Assembly (NCBI GenBank): GCA_965603825.1
Contig: CBFDEM010000039.1
Location: 372,001 to 436,000 of the forward strand
Reading direction: 5' to 3'
From: Blepharisma stoltei ATCC 30299
Taxonomy: Eukaryota > Protista > Ciliophora
Length of the DNA stretch: 64,000 bases
The notes below the pieces were generated by a model, which had not been told where the DNA came from, ran no database searches, and worked only from the letters and a program-made list of their open reading frames with translations. Position numbers and translations under genes: made by a program. Below, in pieces: positions 46,022 through 59,387 of this stretch (position 1 is the stretch's first letter; each line of letters starts with the position of its first letter).

Positions 46022-47929
46022 ATGCAAGAAGATATCAATATTCTCAATACAGATGAGCTGTATAAAGACAACTACAATGTAAAATTTATTTAGAAACATG
46101 AATTGAATGAAACTTTAAGGACTTCCGAAGATCTCATAGAGAAAGCCCAAGCCTTAAGAAAATATGCTAAAAATCAGAATTGCACAGAAATCGATGATCT
46201 CTTTGGCAAAATATTCAATTATTTAAAAAATGATGACCCTCAAGTCAAATACGAGTGCATCCACGCTCTTACTCATATTCTTATAAAAAATTACAAGACA
46301 ATAGACTTTGATTTACTCCATAAACTTTTTGATGAGCACTTTACATATCTAGTTACTCATAATTCAAAGGAGATACAGAAAATAACTATGAAATTCTTAA
46401 GCCTTGCTTTAGATTTACCTTATCACCCCAAATATATAGAGAATTTCAATGCATTTGTAGATTACATCTCCGAAAGCACTGATGAAGAAGGTAAAGCTTA
46501 TGCTGCAGAAATTTTGCAAACTTTATCATTTGATGAAATTGAAGAGAATGATGCTCTTAAACTTATTCCAGTCCTTATTAAAACGCTAGAGACATCATCA
46601 GAAAAAGATCTAACAATTTACTCAATTAGAATGCTTAACGATCTACTCTATAGATTCAATGATAAAGCTCTTGCAATAGCCATGGAAAATGTTAATTTAC
46701 CAGGAATTATTTTAAATAAATTATGAAATCAAGATGAAGAAGTAAGACAGCCTACTATAAAAGTGCTAGAGCAATTAAAAAAGAGTGAATTTTTTTCCCT
46801 TTATCTTGCTGATTCAAGTTTAATGACACTTATTGCTTTGCTAAGAAACGATAAATTAGACATAATAGTCCCTATAGCTAAAATAACCCACGAATTAGCA
46901 AGCCAAGGTCCTGAGTTTCGCAATAAAATGATGATTCACGGAATAGCTCCATTTCTAATTGATTCTTTAGCTTCCCATAATCAAGAAGTAAAAGGCGAAA
47001 TGCTAAAAATTATTTGGAGCTTTGCGATTGAGATGAATTATACTCATATAATGGAACTTGTAGAAAATAATTTAATTAGTGTTCTGTGTAGAATTGCGGA
47101 AAGAGATTATGAGCATAGGGAAAAAGCTTTGGATTGCTTGGAGATTTTACTAAATTCAGGTGACGAAATATGTAAAGCAGTTGCGGGATCATGCAGATTT
47201 TCAAAACTTTTATCTAAGCTTGTGGATGAAGATCAAAAGAATAGGGAAACCTGCATCAGGATATTAAAAAATCATTATCCAAATGTTCCTATTCATAAGC
47301 CTCAACCATATCTAAATCCATTCAGTAATAATTCTTCAATTTTTTATCCATCGAACCCTCAATTGCCAGTGACTCCAAATTTTGCACAAGCAAATAATTT
47401 GCAAAATAATATATTTCATATAAATCCTCAGCAACCTCAAACACAATTAGTAAACAGCCAAGCAGCTCCAAATAATTTAAACGATGGCTCTCAACAGCCA
47501 TTAAATCAAAATAAGCAAATCAAAATGGTTCAAGCTAAATTAAGCACTCAAAATTTAAGCAAGAAAAAAGAAAAAAAGAAAGCCCATAAAAGTGAAAAGA
47601 AGAATACTTATTTTAAAGCAGGAAAAGGCAAAAATACTGCAGGAGGCAATAGACAAAAACAAATTTTTCCTCCTGGAAAAATCTTAAGAAAATTAAGAGA
47701 AACAAAATACCGAGTTAGTAAAAGCTGCGGCCACTTTTTAAGTGGCGTTTTCGAGTATCTATGCTCTGAAGTTTTAGAATCTGCAGCAATCTCCGTGAAA
47801 GGAGAGAAAAAAAAATTAATTCAAGCAAGACATCTCCTGAAAGCTGTAAAATCTGACGCTGAGCTTGATTCATTAGTAGGCGAAGCTGTATTTGCACAAG
47901 CTGGCTATATTCCTAAATATCATAATTAA
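46022..47929 (+). CDS. ARM-repeat protein fused to a C-terminal histone H2A fold, ~630 aa; intron 46079-46093; 1 TGA=Trp
   Basis: Intron GTAAAATTTATTTAG; TGA 46724 joins the two track ORFs. ARM-like units such as HGIAPFLIDSLASHNQEVKGEMLKIIWSF. H2A fold FPPGKILRKLR...VFEYLCSEVLE...RHLLKAVKSDAELDSLV...AQAGYIP. Confidence 0.85.
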
Positions 47930-48007
47930 TAAAATTAAATTATACAATTTAATATGAGTTTCCTAATATATGAATAAAAACTGAAATTTTAATATTAACT
48001 AAATTGC

Positions 48008-48394
48008 ATGGAAAGAACGGAGAGGCAAGAAAACAGTGTGAAGCAAGACATGAATCAAGCAGAAGAGTCTATTTTAAATTTGCAATCAAATCTAAGAGAT
48101 TGCAAACACTTTGCTGAAGACATCCGAGCTGAGCTTAGATCAATGGATAGTTCAATAAAACTTTCAGCAGATGATACCTCAGCCTTAACGTCCACAAAAA
48201 TCGATGAACTGATGGCTGACCTCCAACGCGCGATTCAAAGTCAGCTAGATCAAAACACTCACTTCAATATGCAGATAACTGAGCTTAAAAAAGACAAGTC
48301 AATATTACAACAACGCATTATTAAGAGTAGAAATCGATCCCAAACTCTTGAACAAGATGTGGGTGTTAAAAGCAAAAAAAAGTCACTAATTTAA
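48008..48394 (+). CDS. Small coiled-coil protein
   Basis: 128-aa ORF with heptad periodicity. Confidence 0.7.
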   Translation: MERTERQENSVKQDMNQAEESILNLQSNLRDCKHFAEDIRAELRSMDSSIKLSADDTSALTSTKIDELMADLQRAIQSQLDQNTHFNMQITELKKDKSILQQRIIKSRNRSQTLEQDVGVKSKKKSLI

Positions 48395-48590
48395 TGTTTT
48401 CTTCATAAACCTTTGGGAGTTTCATGATAAGTTAAATATAAAATTATTTTTAGAATTGGCTATTAAGAGCTAAGGCTTTTTAAAAGTTTATGAAATAGCA
48501 AATTTTTATCACCAATTATTATATATGAAATATATTTGCTTAAGTTATTTTTTATATAAGGATCTATCTCAATAAAATAAATTATCTAGC

Positions 48591-49784
48591 TTAATCTTCT
48601 TCCAAAGGCAATGGGACTCCCATGAATTTAAACCCTTCTTTGAGTTTATTGATGCATTCGTACATATCGTCAGCATAGAGTTCTCCAATATTCCCTAATC
48701 TAAAGGAAGGTGCTTTGCTAAGTTTTCCGGGATAAATAACAATGTTCCTTTCTGCCAAATAGTCATATAAAACTTTGAAATTGAATTTAGGGTGTGATGG
48801 CTGCATAAATGTAGTAATGCAGACTCCTTGATTCTTTGGATCCACGTATAATTTGAACCCAAGTTTTCTCATTTCTTCTGATAAAATTCTTTGGTTATTT
48901 CTGTATCTTTCCCCTCTTGCTTTGACTCCTCCTTCAGCTTCGTGCTCAACTAAAGCTTGATGGAAAGCAGCCATAACATGAGTTGGAGGGGTAAATCTGA
49001 ACTGTCCAGGGTTGCTCAGCTGATAATCCCACTGTTCATATAGATCAAGGCCTACTGATCTTGAGTTTCCTTGGCATTGCATCAAATCACTAAGCTTCGC
49101 AATCACAAAGGCAAAGCCAGGGACTCCTTGAATCATCTTGTTAGAAGAACTTATAAGATAATTGACGTGACCCTCATATAGATCTAGATGAACTGCTCCA
49201 AAGCTGCTCATCCCGTCCACAATGTAAATCAAGTTAGGGTTGTGTTCATGCACAACCTTTCCAATTTCCAAGCATGGATTGATGATCCCTGTTGTGGTCT
49301 CTGAATGGATGACTGATACATGGGTAATCTGATGGTGTTCGTTAAGTTGCCTTTTTACGTCATCAGGATTGACTATTTCAGAGTCTGCGTATCTAAGGAC
49401 AATGTGTGGGATGCCCAATACTTCGCAGATTTTTACTTGTCTTTCGCCATATGAGCCATTAGCAATAATCAGCATTCTCTGAGACCGGTCACCTGGGTCA
49501 AGACGAGGGAAAGCAGTCCCTAAGCATGATTCTACAGCGTATGTGCCATTTCCTTGTACAAGGACTGCAGCATAGTCTTTAGGTTTGACGTCAGCAATTT
49601 TCAATAGTCTAACTTTTATATCTTCAACAATTTTACCAAAGTCAGGATCGCGAGAGCCAAAGTCGTACATCATGGCTTCTCTGACTGTAGGTGTGGTGTT
49701 AAGTGGACCAGGAGTGAAGAGCTTTACTTGAGGCTTTCTGATAATGCTGAACAATCTGTGCAGTGCAGCTGCTCTTCGGAACAT
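48591..49784 (-). CDS. phnW: 2-aminoethylphosphonate:pyruvate transaminase (PLP class V) with N-terminal presequence
   Basis: LFTPGPL, DFGSRD, GTYAVE, HSETTTG, VDGMSSFG, SSNK (PLP lysine), FRFTPPTH, IYPGK, FRLGNIG. Confidence 0.92.
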   Translation of the reverse strand: MFRRAAALHRLFSIIRKPQVKLFTPGPLNTTPTVREAMMYDFGSRDPDFGKIVEDIKVRLLKIADVKPKDYAAVLVQGNGTYAVESCLGTAFPRLDPGDRSQRMLIIANGSYGERQVKICEVLGIPHIVLRYADSEIVNPDDVKRQLNEHHQITHVSVIHSETTTGIINPCLEIGKVVHEHNPNLIYIVDGMSSFGAVHLDLYEGHVNYLISSSNKMIQGVPGFAFVIAKLSDLMQCQGNSRSVGLDLYEQWDYQLSNPGQFRFTPPTHVMAAFHQALVEHEAEGGVKARGERYRNNQRILSEEMRKLGFKLYVDPKNQGVCITTFMQPSHPKFNFKVLYDYLAERNIVIYPGKLSKAPSFRLGNIGELYADDMYECINKLKEGFKFMGVPLPLEED

Positions 49785-50067
49785 TTATTATATATATGTT
49801 TAGTGGATTTGGATTCAAATGCTTAAAACTAGAGAAAAAATTAATACCAAAGCAGCTGTCAGCTGATTTTGGGTAAATATTTTATTTTTTTAAACTCTAG
49901 GCATAATATGGGTTTAGATCCTTATCTATGACGTAATTTTTTAGAAGCCAATAAAATAGATTTTATATATTTTAATATTATAATTATAATAATATAAATA
50001 AATTATAATTTGAATGAATTTTCATTTTGTTTTAAATAAAATAAAATATAAACATATAATTAAAGAC

Positions 50068-53000
50068 TTAAAATTCAATATCATCAGCTAGCTTTGCTCT
50101 TACAAAAAATGAATTCAACGATCGATTTACAGGCTGATGAGTCACAATCTTATTAAAGATGTAGTCAAACCTATCTGGGCAATGTGTCTCCAAAAGTGCT
50201 TTTGTCACCTCACTTACATTTATTTTTCCTGCTTGCCCATTGCTTTCCATTTTATTCGCGATGTCAACATCAGGCCCATATATATCATACCTCACTATAT
50301 TAGTCCCTGTAATTCCAGCTGTAACTTCTCCAGTGTGGAGGCCAATTCTCATATTTAAGCTCATATTTTTGCTTCTATTGATTCTTTTAATGCATTTTAT
50401 CATATCTAAAGCCATATTAATCATATTTGTAACTTCTCTAGCAATATTTCTTGTATAGCCATTATCCCCACTGTCACTAAAACTAAGAACAACATAGCAA
50501 TCTCCAATAGTGTGGACTTTATAAACATTATTTTTCATGCATAAATGATCAAAATTTGAAAAAAGCTTGGAAAGCATGCTAACAACTTCTATAGGCTTTT
50601 TATCAGAAGAATATGCAGTAAACCCAACGATGTCTGCAAAAATCATAGTAACGTCTGCATATTTATCGGTTGTTGTGACGTTATTGTGTAAGTTTTTGAC
50701 AACTGATGGAGGCATCATTTGGCTGAGGAGCTTTTCGGTGTTTTGGATATCTCTTTGAGCCATTCTGCTTAAATTGTAATTTCTTCTATTATTGTATTCT
50801 CTCATATAGCTAGCTGCACCATTAATAAAGGTAAAAATGATCACAAAAAACGTGGCTTCAATTGACTTTGAGAACTCATCTGGATTCAAAATAACAGTTG
50901 TTATCCAATGTATTATGCTACACAATGAAGCTATCAAAATATGTCCAAATGGCAACCCTGAAATATGATTGATAACTACATTTGTATACATTTCTTCAAG
51001 CACAATAATATAAAAGAAATCAGACCCAATTCTTGATATTGACAATGTACTAATATAGCTAGCTGCCACATAAATAGCCATTACCCCCCAAGGAAACATC
51101 ATATTCTCATACACCTTATTTAAGACTAACGCTAGTAAAATCATTGCACCTAAATTTCCAGCCCTTAGTCCAATCAAAACCCCTGTTCCAAAGCTAGTCA
51201 TCAATTTAAATCCGACAATAAAATTCATCAACAGCACCGCATACACAATAATCGTCATCCATAATCCCCATTTCATATTCTTCATTTCGCTTTTTAGCGT
51301 TGTAACTCTATACTCGTGCTGCATTGCCATCTCTTTAAAGCTGCAAGTGAGCCATTGTACAGGTCCTGCAAGTCCAGTGTAGTCTTCATCACCATCAAAG
51401 CTTTCGTATTGTAATTTATCAATGTCAAAGACTGTGCTTGATTCTTTTATATTGATGTTTTCTTGTTCAGAGGGTAATAAAGGAAGACTTGATACGTTTA
51501 GAGATTTGTCTGGAGGAGGCTGCTGCTGTTGTTGCTGCTGGAATTGGGAAGGAACCATTTCTTCAAATGTCGTGATTCGGCGGTTTTTCTTTTTGGGTTC
51601 TTGGTTTTTTATTATATAGGTGTCAAGCATCCCCTTGCCTTTGGCTTCAACTTTATTTGGGGTAAATAAGTAAGGCTCACCTTTGACGTATTCATAAGTA
51701 TCTGATGATATTTGGATTTGACAAGGCTCTTTTAGGGTAGAGCACATTCTGCTTGCTGTATTGATAGTATCACCGATTAAAGAAAATTGAGGCTTGTGGT
51801 CTCCTACAACTCCTGCGATAATTGGGCCGCTGTTGATTCCCATTTTGACTTGGAATTTGTCTCCATTTTTCAAGTATACAGGCTCTATTTTTTTAAGAAT
51901 ATTCACAGCCAATTCCAATACCCTTTGTGCATGATTTTTTTGAAGCAATTTTTGTGAAAGATTTTCCTCACTATCTTTTAGCCCTCCACAAACTAAATAC
52001 GTTTTATTAACAGTCTCTATTTTCGTTACTCCATGCTTATCACACAGTCCATCCAAAATTCCAAAGAATTTATCAAGTAAATCAAGAAGCTCATTAGGGC
52101 TGTGAGTCACACAAATTTTATCAAAATTATAGATATCGCAGAACAATAAGGTAACGATCCCTTGGTCTTCAGCAATATACCTCACTCCTTGCTTAACTCT
52201 GTCTTTTACAAATCTAGGCAATAAATTTCCTAGGATTTCCTGTCCTTTTTGGAATTGGTGCTCAAGCTTTTTACGAAGAATATAATTGGTCCTTCTTGCT
52301 TTTTCTAAAGCGTATCCGACAAAAGCACTGATAATTGTAATACCGACTAAGAGAACGATATAGTTCATAGAAATTATTTCCATGCCAACTGCATCTAGAG
52401 ATGATGAGTAATGAGCGAGAACTCTTATAAGGTAAATCAGCAAAAATAAAATATTGATCAAAAATACTTTATAAGTGCTTACACTAAATAGCACAAAGGT
52501 TAATATCGGTACCAATGCTGTTGTCATTGATCCATCATTTTGGTTAATAAACTCAAGAGCAACTTTAATTACCAGTCCAACAACCAAAACAGCAAGCACA
52601 ATTGGCTCATAATATCTTACAAACAGTTTTGAATGGACAAAAATAATAAAGCCAAAAAACACTACCACAACGCCAGCCCTTATCGCAATCATACTATTTG
52701 TTGATCCTTGAGCAATGTCGTATACAGTTCATATTAAACTCAAAATAAATAAAAGGATAAAGATTTTTCTTATAAATTTCATAATTTTATCTGTTGTGTA
52801 CCTGCTGAAACTTTTTTCAAGGTATATATTGTAAAACTTTAGTGTCAACGCTTTTAGCGAATAATCATTTTTTGGAGCTTCTTCTTCAACTGCTTTCAGC
52901 TTGATGCCTTTAGGATTAAACACGTCTGATAGTCTTGTTTTATATTTTGAAGCTCTTGACACAATTAATTGTTTAGCTTCTTCTTGATCTGGCTGTTCAT

Positions 53001-56000
53001 AAGCAATCTCTGGGTGCACTTTCCCTATTTTTCTCGACTTTATATGATCGATATCTGAAGGAAACCATAGTGAATAAACAAAATCTTTTGCGAGGATTAT
53101 AAGAATGCAAATATAAGGAATCAAAGTTCAGCTTAAAAACCAAATTAGCTCACGAAACATGTTTTTAGTGACTCCAGCTAGCTCAGCAGTTGGAATCTTG
53201 GTATAATCATAAAACAGAACAAATGGGAAAAATACAGCCAGGCTTAAAAATAAAACAATCAAAAACAAATAATTTCAATTGTGAGTTTTAATAAGCATCA
53301 TTAAAGTAACAGTCTGCACTATTGAATAAAAGCAAACAGTCCCCATCAAATTGTAGGATTCTGGATCTCCATCAGTAGATATAAGCTCGTAAGAATTCAT
53401 AGTGATAAGGAAATAAATAATGATGCTTTGAAAAATTGCTTTAAATGTCCATTTAATGAAAATCTTTGCATTAAACATCTTTGAGTATATCCCATCCTGA
53501 TACAGAGAAGGGTTAATCAGCACTTCATCTGCTTCTAAATCTTTGTCAACAGAACCTACAATAACAATAGGCAAAGACGTCAATGCAACATTATATGATA
53601 AAAGTAGCCATGAATCATAAAGTGCAGTTCCTGAGTACATATTGAAGAAACTGAAATAAAACATAGGGAGCACCAATATAAAGTTTTTATAGAACGAATA
53701 CAAGATAACAATAGTGATTCTCTGATAATTCCATCTCCCATGCAAAAACAGCAAAGGGATCAAGTATTTAAATCTTGCTATTGCATAATCACTTGAATTT
53801 ACAGCTTGCAAGCCTTCTTTTCCACAAATCCCAATACCTACATGAGCTTCTTGGATCATAGACACATCATTAGCCCCATCCCCTATAGCAAGTGTAATCG
53901 GCGCAAACTGAAAATTGCACTTCACAAGCCTGACAACTTCTGATTTCTGTAGTGGAGAAACTCTACAGCAAATTACAGCATGACATAGACAAGAAAGCAT
54001 CGCAAAATGCTTCATTGCTTGGAGGTCAGAAAACACATACAAAAGGGTTTCTCCATCAATAACAAGTCCAAGGTTCAAACTGTCGACGTCAATTTCTTTT
54101 TCATTGTTATTATTATCTTCTTGGATTCTGATCAAATTTGAAGAATTTGACTCGATTTCTTTGTAAACATACTTCATTAAAGCTTTTTTCAATTGTAGTT
54201 TGGCTGCTTCAAGGGAATGAGAATTAATGATGATAACTTCCATATCTTGTTTAAGCATTTTGCAGGAATATCCAATGTTTATGGCTGTTTCTTGTTTATC
54301 GCCGGTAAGAACCCAGACTTTGACACCACCTTCCATTAAATCAGCTATTGTTTCTGGGACCCCTTCTTGGATTTTGTCTTCTATAGCAGTAGCTCCAATT
54401 AGCTCCATATTCACCTCAATTTCAGCAGCAACCTCGTCTAATCTTTTTTGTCTATCTGCCATTGCATTTTTGGCAGCCTGCCATTTTCTTTCAAAATCTT
54501 GTGACTCAGCCCTTGTGAGCTCTCTTTTTGCCAATACAAGTGTTCTAAGCCCTTGTACTGAGTAATCATATAGCTGCTTATTTAACTCACTTTTTTCAGC
54601 TTCAGAAGCATTAACTCTTTCTAAGATAATATTATCAGCCCCTTTGCAGTATAAAATAGGAGGTCTTGATGGCTCAGTCAACGACTCAAGAACCACTGAC
54701 ATTCTTTTTCTAGTCGAATTAAATTCATTGACCCCGACCACTTTATATTCAAATGTTTCATCGTTTACTCTAACTGCTATGTATCCTGGTTTTGATTTAG
54801 TAAAAGAATATCCTAAAGCGTGAGCTGCTATAACAAGAGCTTCTTCGTCAGGAGACGCTGCTTGATATATGAGTTCTCCTTGTTTACCTTTATCAGGAAT
54901 AACAGTGTGGCATGTAGACAAAAGTTCAAGAAACTCGCTGACTTCTCTTTTTCTTGGACCCCTTAAGTCACTCAGGAGTGAAGAATCGTAAAATTTGAAT
55001 TGCGGATGAGGGTTAATTGAAATTTCAGCTCTATCAGTGTTACCCTCAGTTTCCATTGAGCCATAGATTTTGCCTTTGATTGAGCACATTTTAAATTCCA
55101 TTTGGTTTTCAGTTAGTGTGCCTGTTTTGTCTGAGAAAATATACTCAATTTGTCCTAAATCTTCGTTGAGGTCGCCAGTTTTAGCTATAGCTGGCCTATC
55201 AATTGGCTCATAGTACATCCTTAAATCCCACTGTATAAACTTCGCTTGTATAACCCTCACAATATCCATAGTCACATACAGGGAAATTGGAACCAAGCTG
55301 TTGTATAGGATTAAAAAGGTAATAAAATTGAGGACTGACATCGCAGAATTGTTGTCTCCTGTAAAATACTCCACTGCGTCTGGATTCTGATAGTTATATA
55401 CAACTGAAATGGTTGCTGAAAGCAAAGAAATCACTAATAAAATTGTAAAGACAATGCTCAAATATCTATTGACCCTCCTTTCTACATTGCTTCTTTTGTG
55501 AGGAGGCATTTTCGAGTTCATCATCAGCTTAGTATCGATCCCTGTAAATATTGCACAGCCTAACACCCAATTTGTATTTTTGACAGTACTGCCCCTAAGT
55601 AAAATATTCCCATTATCAATCGGAACAGCCTTTGGGTGTCCTTTTAATATGAGACTCCCTTCAAACGAATATAAGCGGTTATTAGGGTGTTCACTTTTTA
55701 GTTTGCTGCTATCAAGTTTATATATCATCTTCATTGCTGATTCAAGTTCCCCTTCAAAAATTGCAGACGTCTCAGGCAATGAATTTCTTATCTTCAAATT
55801 GGTTTCTCCGTCCAAATTTGATGTCTCAATATAGCATATATGTTCTTCATGAGAAGTGGCAAAAATGACTAGATCAGCTGGAATTGCTGAGTCGCTCTCA
55901 AGCAGAACTAAGCTTCCAACTTGTAGCTGCATTCATTTGACTGTCTCAAAAGTGCCTATTTCTTCTTTTCAAATTTTTACCTCTCTGTTATTTAGCTCTT

Positions 56001-56322
56001 TATCACTTTTTCTTCTTCTGTAGTCTTGATACGCATCTTTAATTAGTGTAACAGTAAGAACAAGTGAAAGAGGAGCTATTGTGGCCCAAGAAGATGTTGG
56101 AGATAGATTGAGGGGTAAAATTTGAAAAATTGAAACAATTAAAAACCATATGTTTGCTACTCTATGAAATTGTTCGAAAAGATTTTTTGGAATTAGGGTT
56201 ATAGTAGTATATTTGGCTGTTGTGATGAAATTGTTTGGGAATATGTTGGCGTTATCATTTCGGCCTCTGTTTAGAGCAATTTCGCGAAATTCTGAGGCAT
56301 CTCTATTTTTCCTGTCTACCAT
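50068..56322 (-). CDS. Alveolate-type bifunctional P4-ATPase/guanylyl cyclase, ~2084 aa; 5 TGA=Trp
   Basis: Four track ORFs join in one frame. Flippase motifs [34 protein letters not shown], followed by two TM blocks and two class III cyclase domains. Confidence 0.93.
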
Positions 56323-57358
56323 TAATAGCTTTAAAATATAATAAAAAAACCAGGTTATTTCTTTTTCTTAAGTTAAGAAATAATAAATATGCAAATCAAA
56401 ACTTTCGCCACTGGAAATTTAAGTAAAAATAAATATTTTATAAATCCATGATTAATAGGCTGTAATTATTAAAAATTAGATAGGGCTGCAATTATAAATA
56501 TTTATAAGTTCAATAAAATGGTTATTTGATAAGATTTAAACATATATTAATCTCTTTAACGCCACAAATTTATAAATAACCATATATTTAGGTGTATTTA
56601 ATTATATTTTTAACTGTTGATTTGAGAAATAGAATTAATCCAAATATTTTAACAAAAGTGATGAGACATAATTTATTATGATACGGTCTTTAACAATTTG
56701 CTTATGGAAAAAAGCCTGAAAATTTACATGATATTAATAAACGAGGGCAAAGTATATAGAAAAATAATAAAATATTTAAATTTTAAACTATTAATTCTGG
56801 TAAAATTGAAATTATATGGCTTTCATAATATAAAAATGGCTAAAGATATAGATTATGAAATTTGATTTTAATTATCAATCAATCTCTTATACAATTGTGC
56901 ATCAATTCAAAATTAATGAATCTATGACTCTATTCTTACTTAAATTTGATATCCCCTTTAAAGATAGTGGAAATGGTAGCAAATCTCTATTTCGTGAGTA
57001 TCTAATAAGCAAGTTATCTTTTGGAGGACTAGCAATGATTTTCCTCTAAGAAGAAATAGTCTATTTAATATATATGTGAATTTTATTATCAGCTAGATTT
57101 ATTTTTGTATCTACTAATTGATAATTTGAAAATTAATAAGATAATTTATATGCAGTGCACAGCTCAAACTTAGAGAATTTCAAAATAAAAACGAAGAAAT
57201 TGATCGTAATATATCTGTTAAACATGCAATTTTTTAAAACAATTCACTTACGTTCTTTGTCTTTGTTATAATTCAAAAAATTATGATTCTTATTATATTA
57301 AAGCTTATGCTATAGAAATTAATATTACTCAAGTTCGGATATTCGTTTCCCATCCATT

Positions 57359-58123
57359 ATGATTTTTTTGATTTTATTCTCACTCACATCAGCTGCTAGC
57401 TTGTCTTGAACTGACCCATCATCATCAGCAGTATATTCTTATGACTCTTTGCAGCGCCCTTATGACCAGCCATGAAAAGTAAATTCAGGTGACGCTGCCT
57501 CAATCTACACTGTTTATGTTTTTAATTTTGGACAGAATGTTCCTCAGCTTTGTGGAGCCCAAGACGTTGCGGCTGTAGAAGTTGTGCAAATGTATGATGA
57601 TTTATTTGAATCTTGCGATGTATTAGGAAGAAAAGAAATGATTGCTTATGACCTTATTAAATCAGACCTCCCTGAAGCTGGCTTTAAGATAACTTATCAG
57701 GGAGGAGATCTTTGTTATGATGGCTTTGATTTAAATCGACAAATCACTTTTAAATTGCATTGCAGCGATGTTGATAGCGACTGGGAAGTTGTCGAAGAAT
57801 CTGGAAGTGGATCTTGCCATGTATTTTTGTCTAAAAACACACCTTTTGGCTGCCCTATTTCTGGTGGGAGTAGTGGACATATAGGATGGTGGTGGCTTAT
57901 CGGCATCTGCGCATTATTTTGGCTTTACTTTGCAGGAGGAATGGCTATAAATTTTTTAAGAGGAAAAACAGGTGATGATATGATCCCTCATTATGCTTTT
58001 TGGGTCTCGATTTCTAATCGTTTGCAAGAATTTGTAGGCCTAGCTACAACTAAAGCAAAATCAGGGATAGAGGCAGTTAAAGAAAAAATAGCAAAGCGGA
58101 ATACTAACTATGAAATGGTCTAA
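57359..58123 (+). CDS. Mannose-6-phosphate-receptor/ATG27-like type I membrane protein, ~254 aa; 2 TGA=Trp
   Basis: Signal peptide from ATG 57359, Cys-patterned lumenal domain (ITYQGGDLC, FKLHC), TM, IPHYAFW, terminal YEMV sorting motif. Confidence 0.82.
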
Positions 58124-58175
58124 ATATAAAATCTAAAATTATTAATTTAGCTTGCACTGTATCTATAACAATTAT

Positions 58176-59387
58176 TTATGGAAGCTTTTCTTTTTTATAC
58201 CTTTCTATTATTTTCTCTTCAAAATGCTTTGCTTCTAATAAGATCAGCTCAGAGTGCTCGTTTTCTTTTGATAAAATTTCTTTTTGTTCTTTAAGATGGA
58301 GTAGTCGTTGTGTTTTTCTGCTTTTTTCTGCTTCTGACATTCTCTTTTTCTGTTCTTGCTCATCTATTTGTCTCTGAAACTTTTCTTCATCTATTTTTTC
58401 TTTTAAAAGTTGAATTTTGTCGTTATAAAGATTTTTTATATTTTCGATTATAAGCTTCTTTTCGACGTCTTTTACTTCTTTTTGTTCTTTTATTATTTTA
58501 CTGTCTTCAATAATTTTTTGTCGCTTGTATTTTTGAAGAGTTGACTCCACTGATTTTTTTAGCCGAAATTCGCAAGTTTCGTGATATAACTCAGTGGATT
58601 TTTTTACTCTTGACATTTCGTCTTCAAAGTTCTTTTGTCTTATTTCTTCGCGCTTTTTTTCTTTATCTTTATTATTGATTCGTAGTCTTTCCCTTTTAGA
58701 TCTTTGATATGGAGCCTATATAAAATTTACCACTTGTTTTTGTCCTAACTCCCGCTCAAGAATTTCTTGAAACTCATTTGTTTTGAACTGGAAAAATTGT
58801 TGAATTTCTTTTTGGTCTAAATTACTTAATGCTCCAGGATATTTTGAAGCATATGCGTGATGAATGGATTTTACAAGATCATTTGAAATAAGTTGTGTCA
58901 AATGTATAGCTTCATCATTAGCTTGTTTTGAGTTAACTGATCTAGATCTCTGCAATTTAGCGCTTTGAGGGCGCTTTATTGATTTTTTTTTATAAGGGCT
59001 ATTAAGGATCTTTTGATTTGTTGTGATTTTTGGTGTGTCATGTCTTATTACAGTTCCTAAGCTTGGGTAGCTTTCTGTGCTTTTCGATTCTAAATAGAGT
59101 TTACTTATTGATTTACTCCTATCTAATTGGAGTCTGGGAACGGAAGGTCTATCATTTTCTGGTAAATCTGCCACGTCTTCTACTTCTGTTATTTGGGACT
59201 CTGAAACTTCATCTTTGATAAAGCCTGCACTTTCAACGTAGATTTCACTGTTATCACCTAAAATATGTGAGAGTCTATTCATAACTGAGTCACTTGAAAT
59301 ATCACTGATATTTCTTGATTCACTTGAAGACAGTAAATGATTTTTGCGAAATTTTGAATGCTTTTCTGAATCCTTTTGGTTTTCCAT
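58176..59387 (-). CDS. Hypothetical protein with charged coiled-coil C-terminus, ~398 aa; intron 58716-58730
   Basis: GTAAATTTTATATAG (15 nt, phase 0) joins the two track ORFs. Confidence 0.75.

Noticed and set aside
56855-57049. 64-aa ORF in the long intergenic region
   Set aside because: It is AT-rich like its flanks and has no motif; probably chance.
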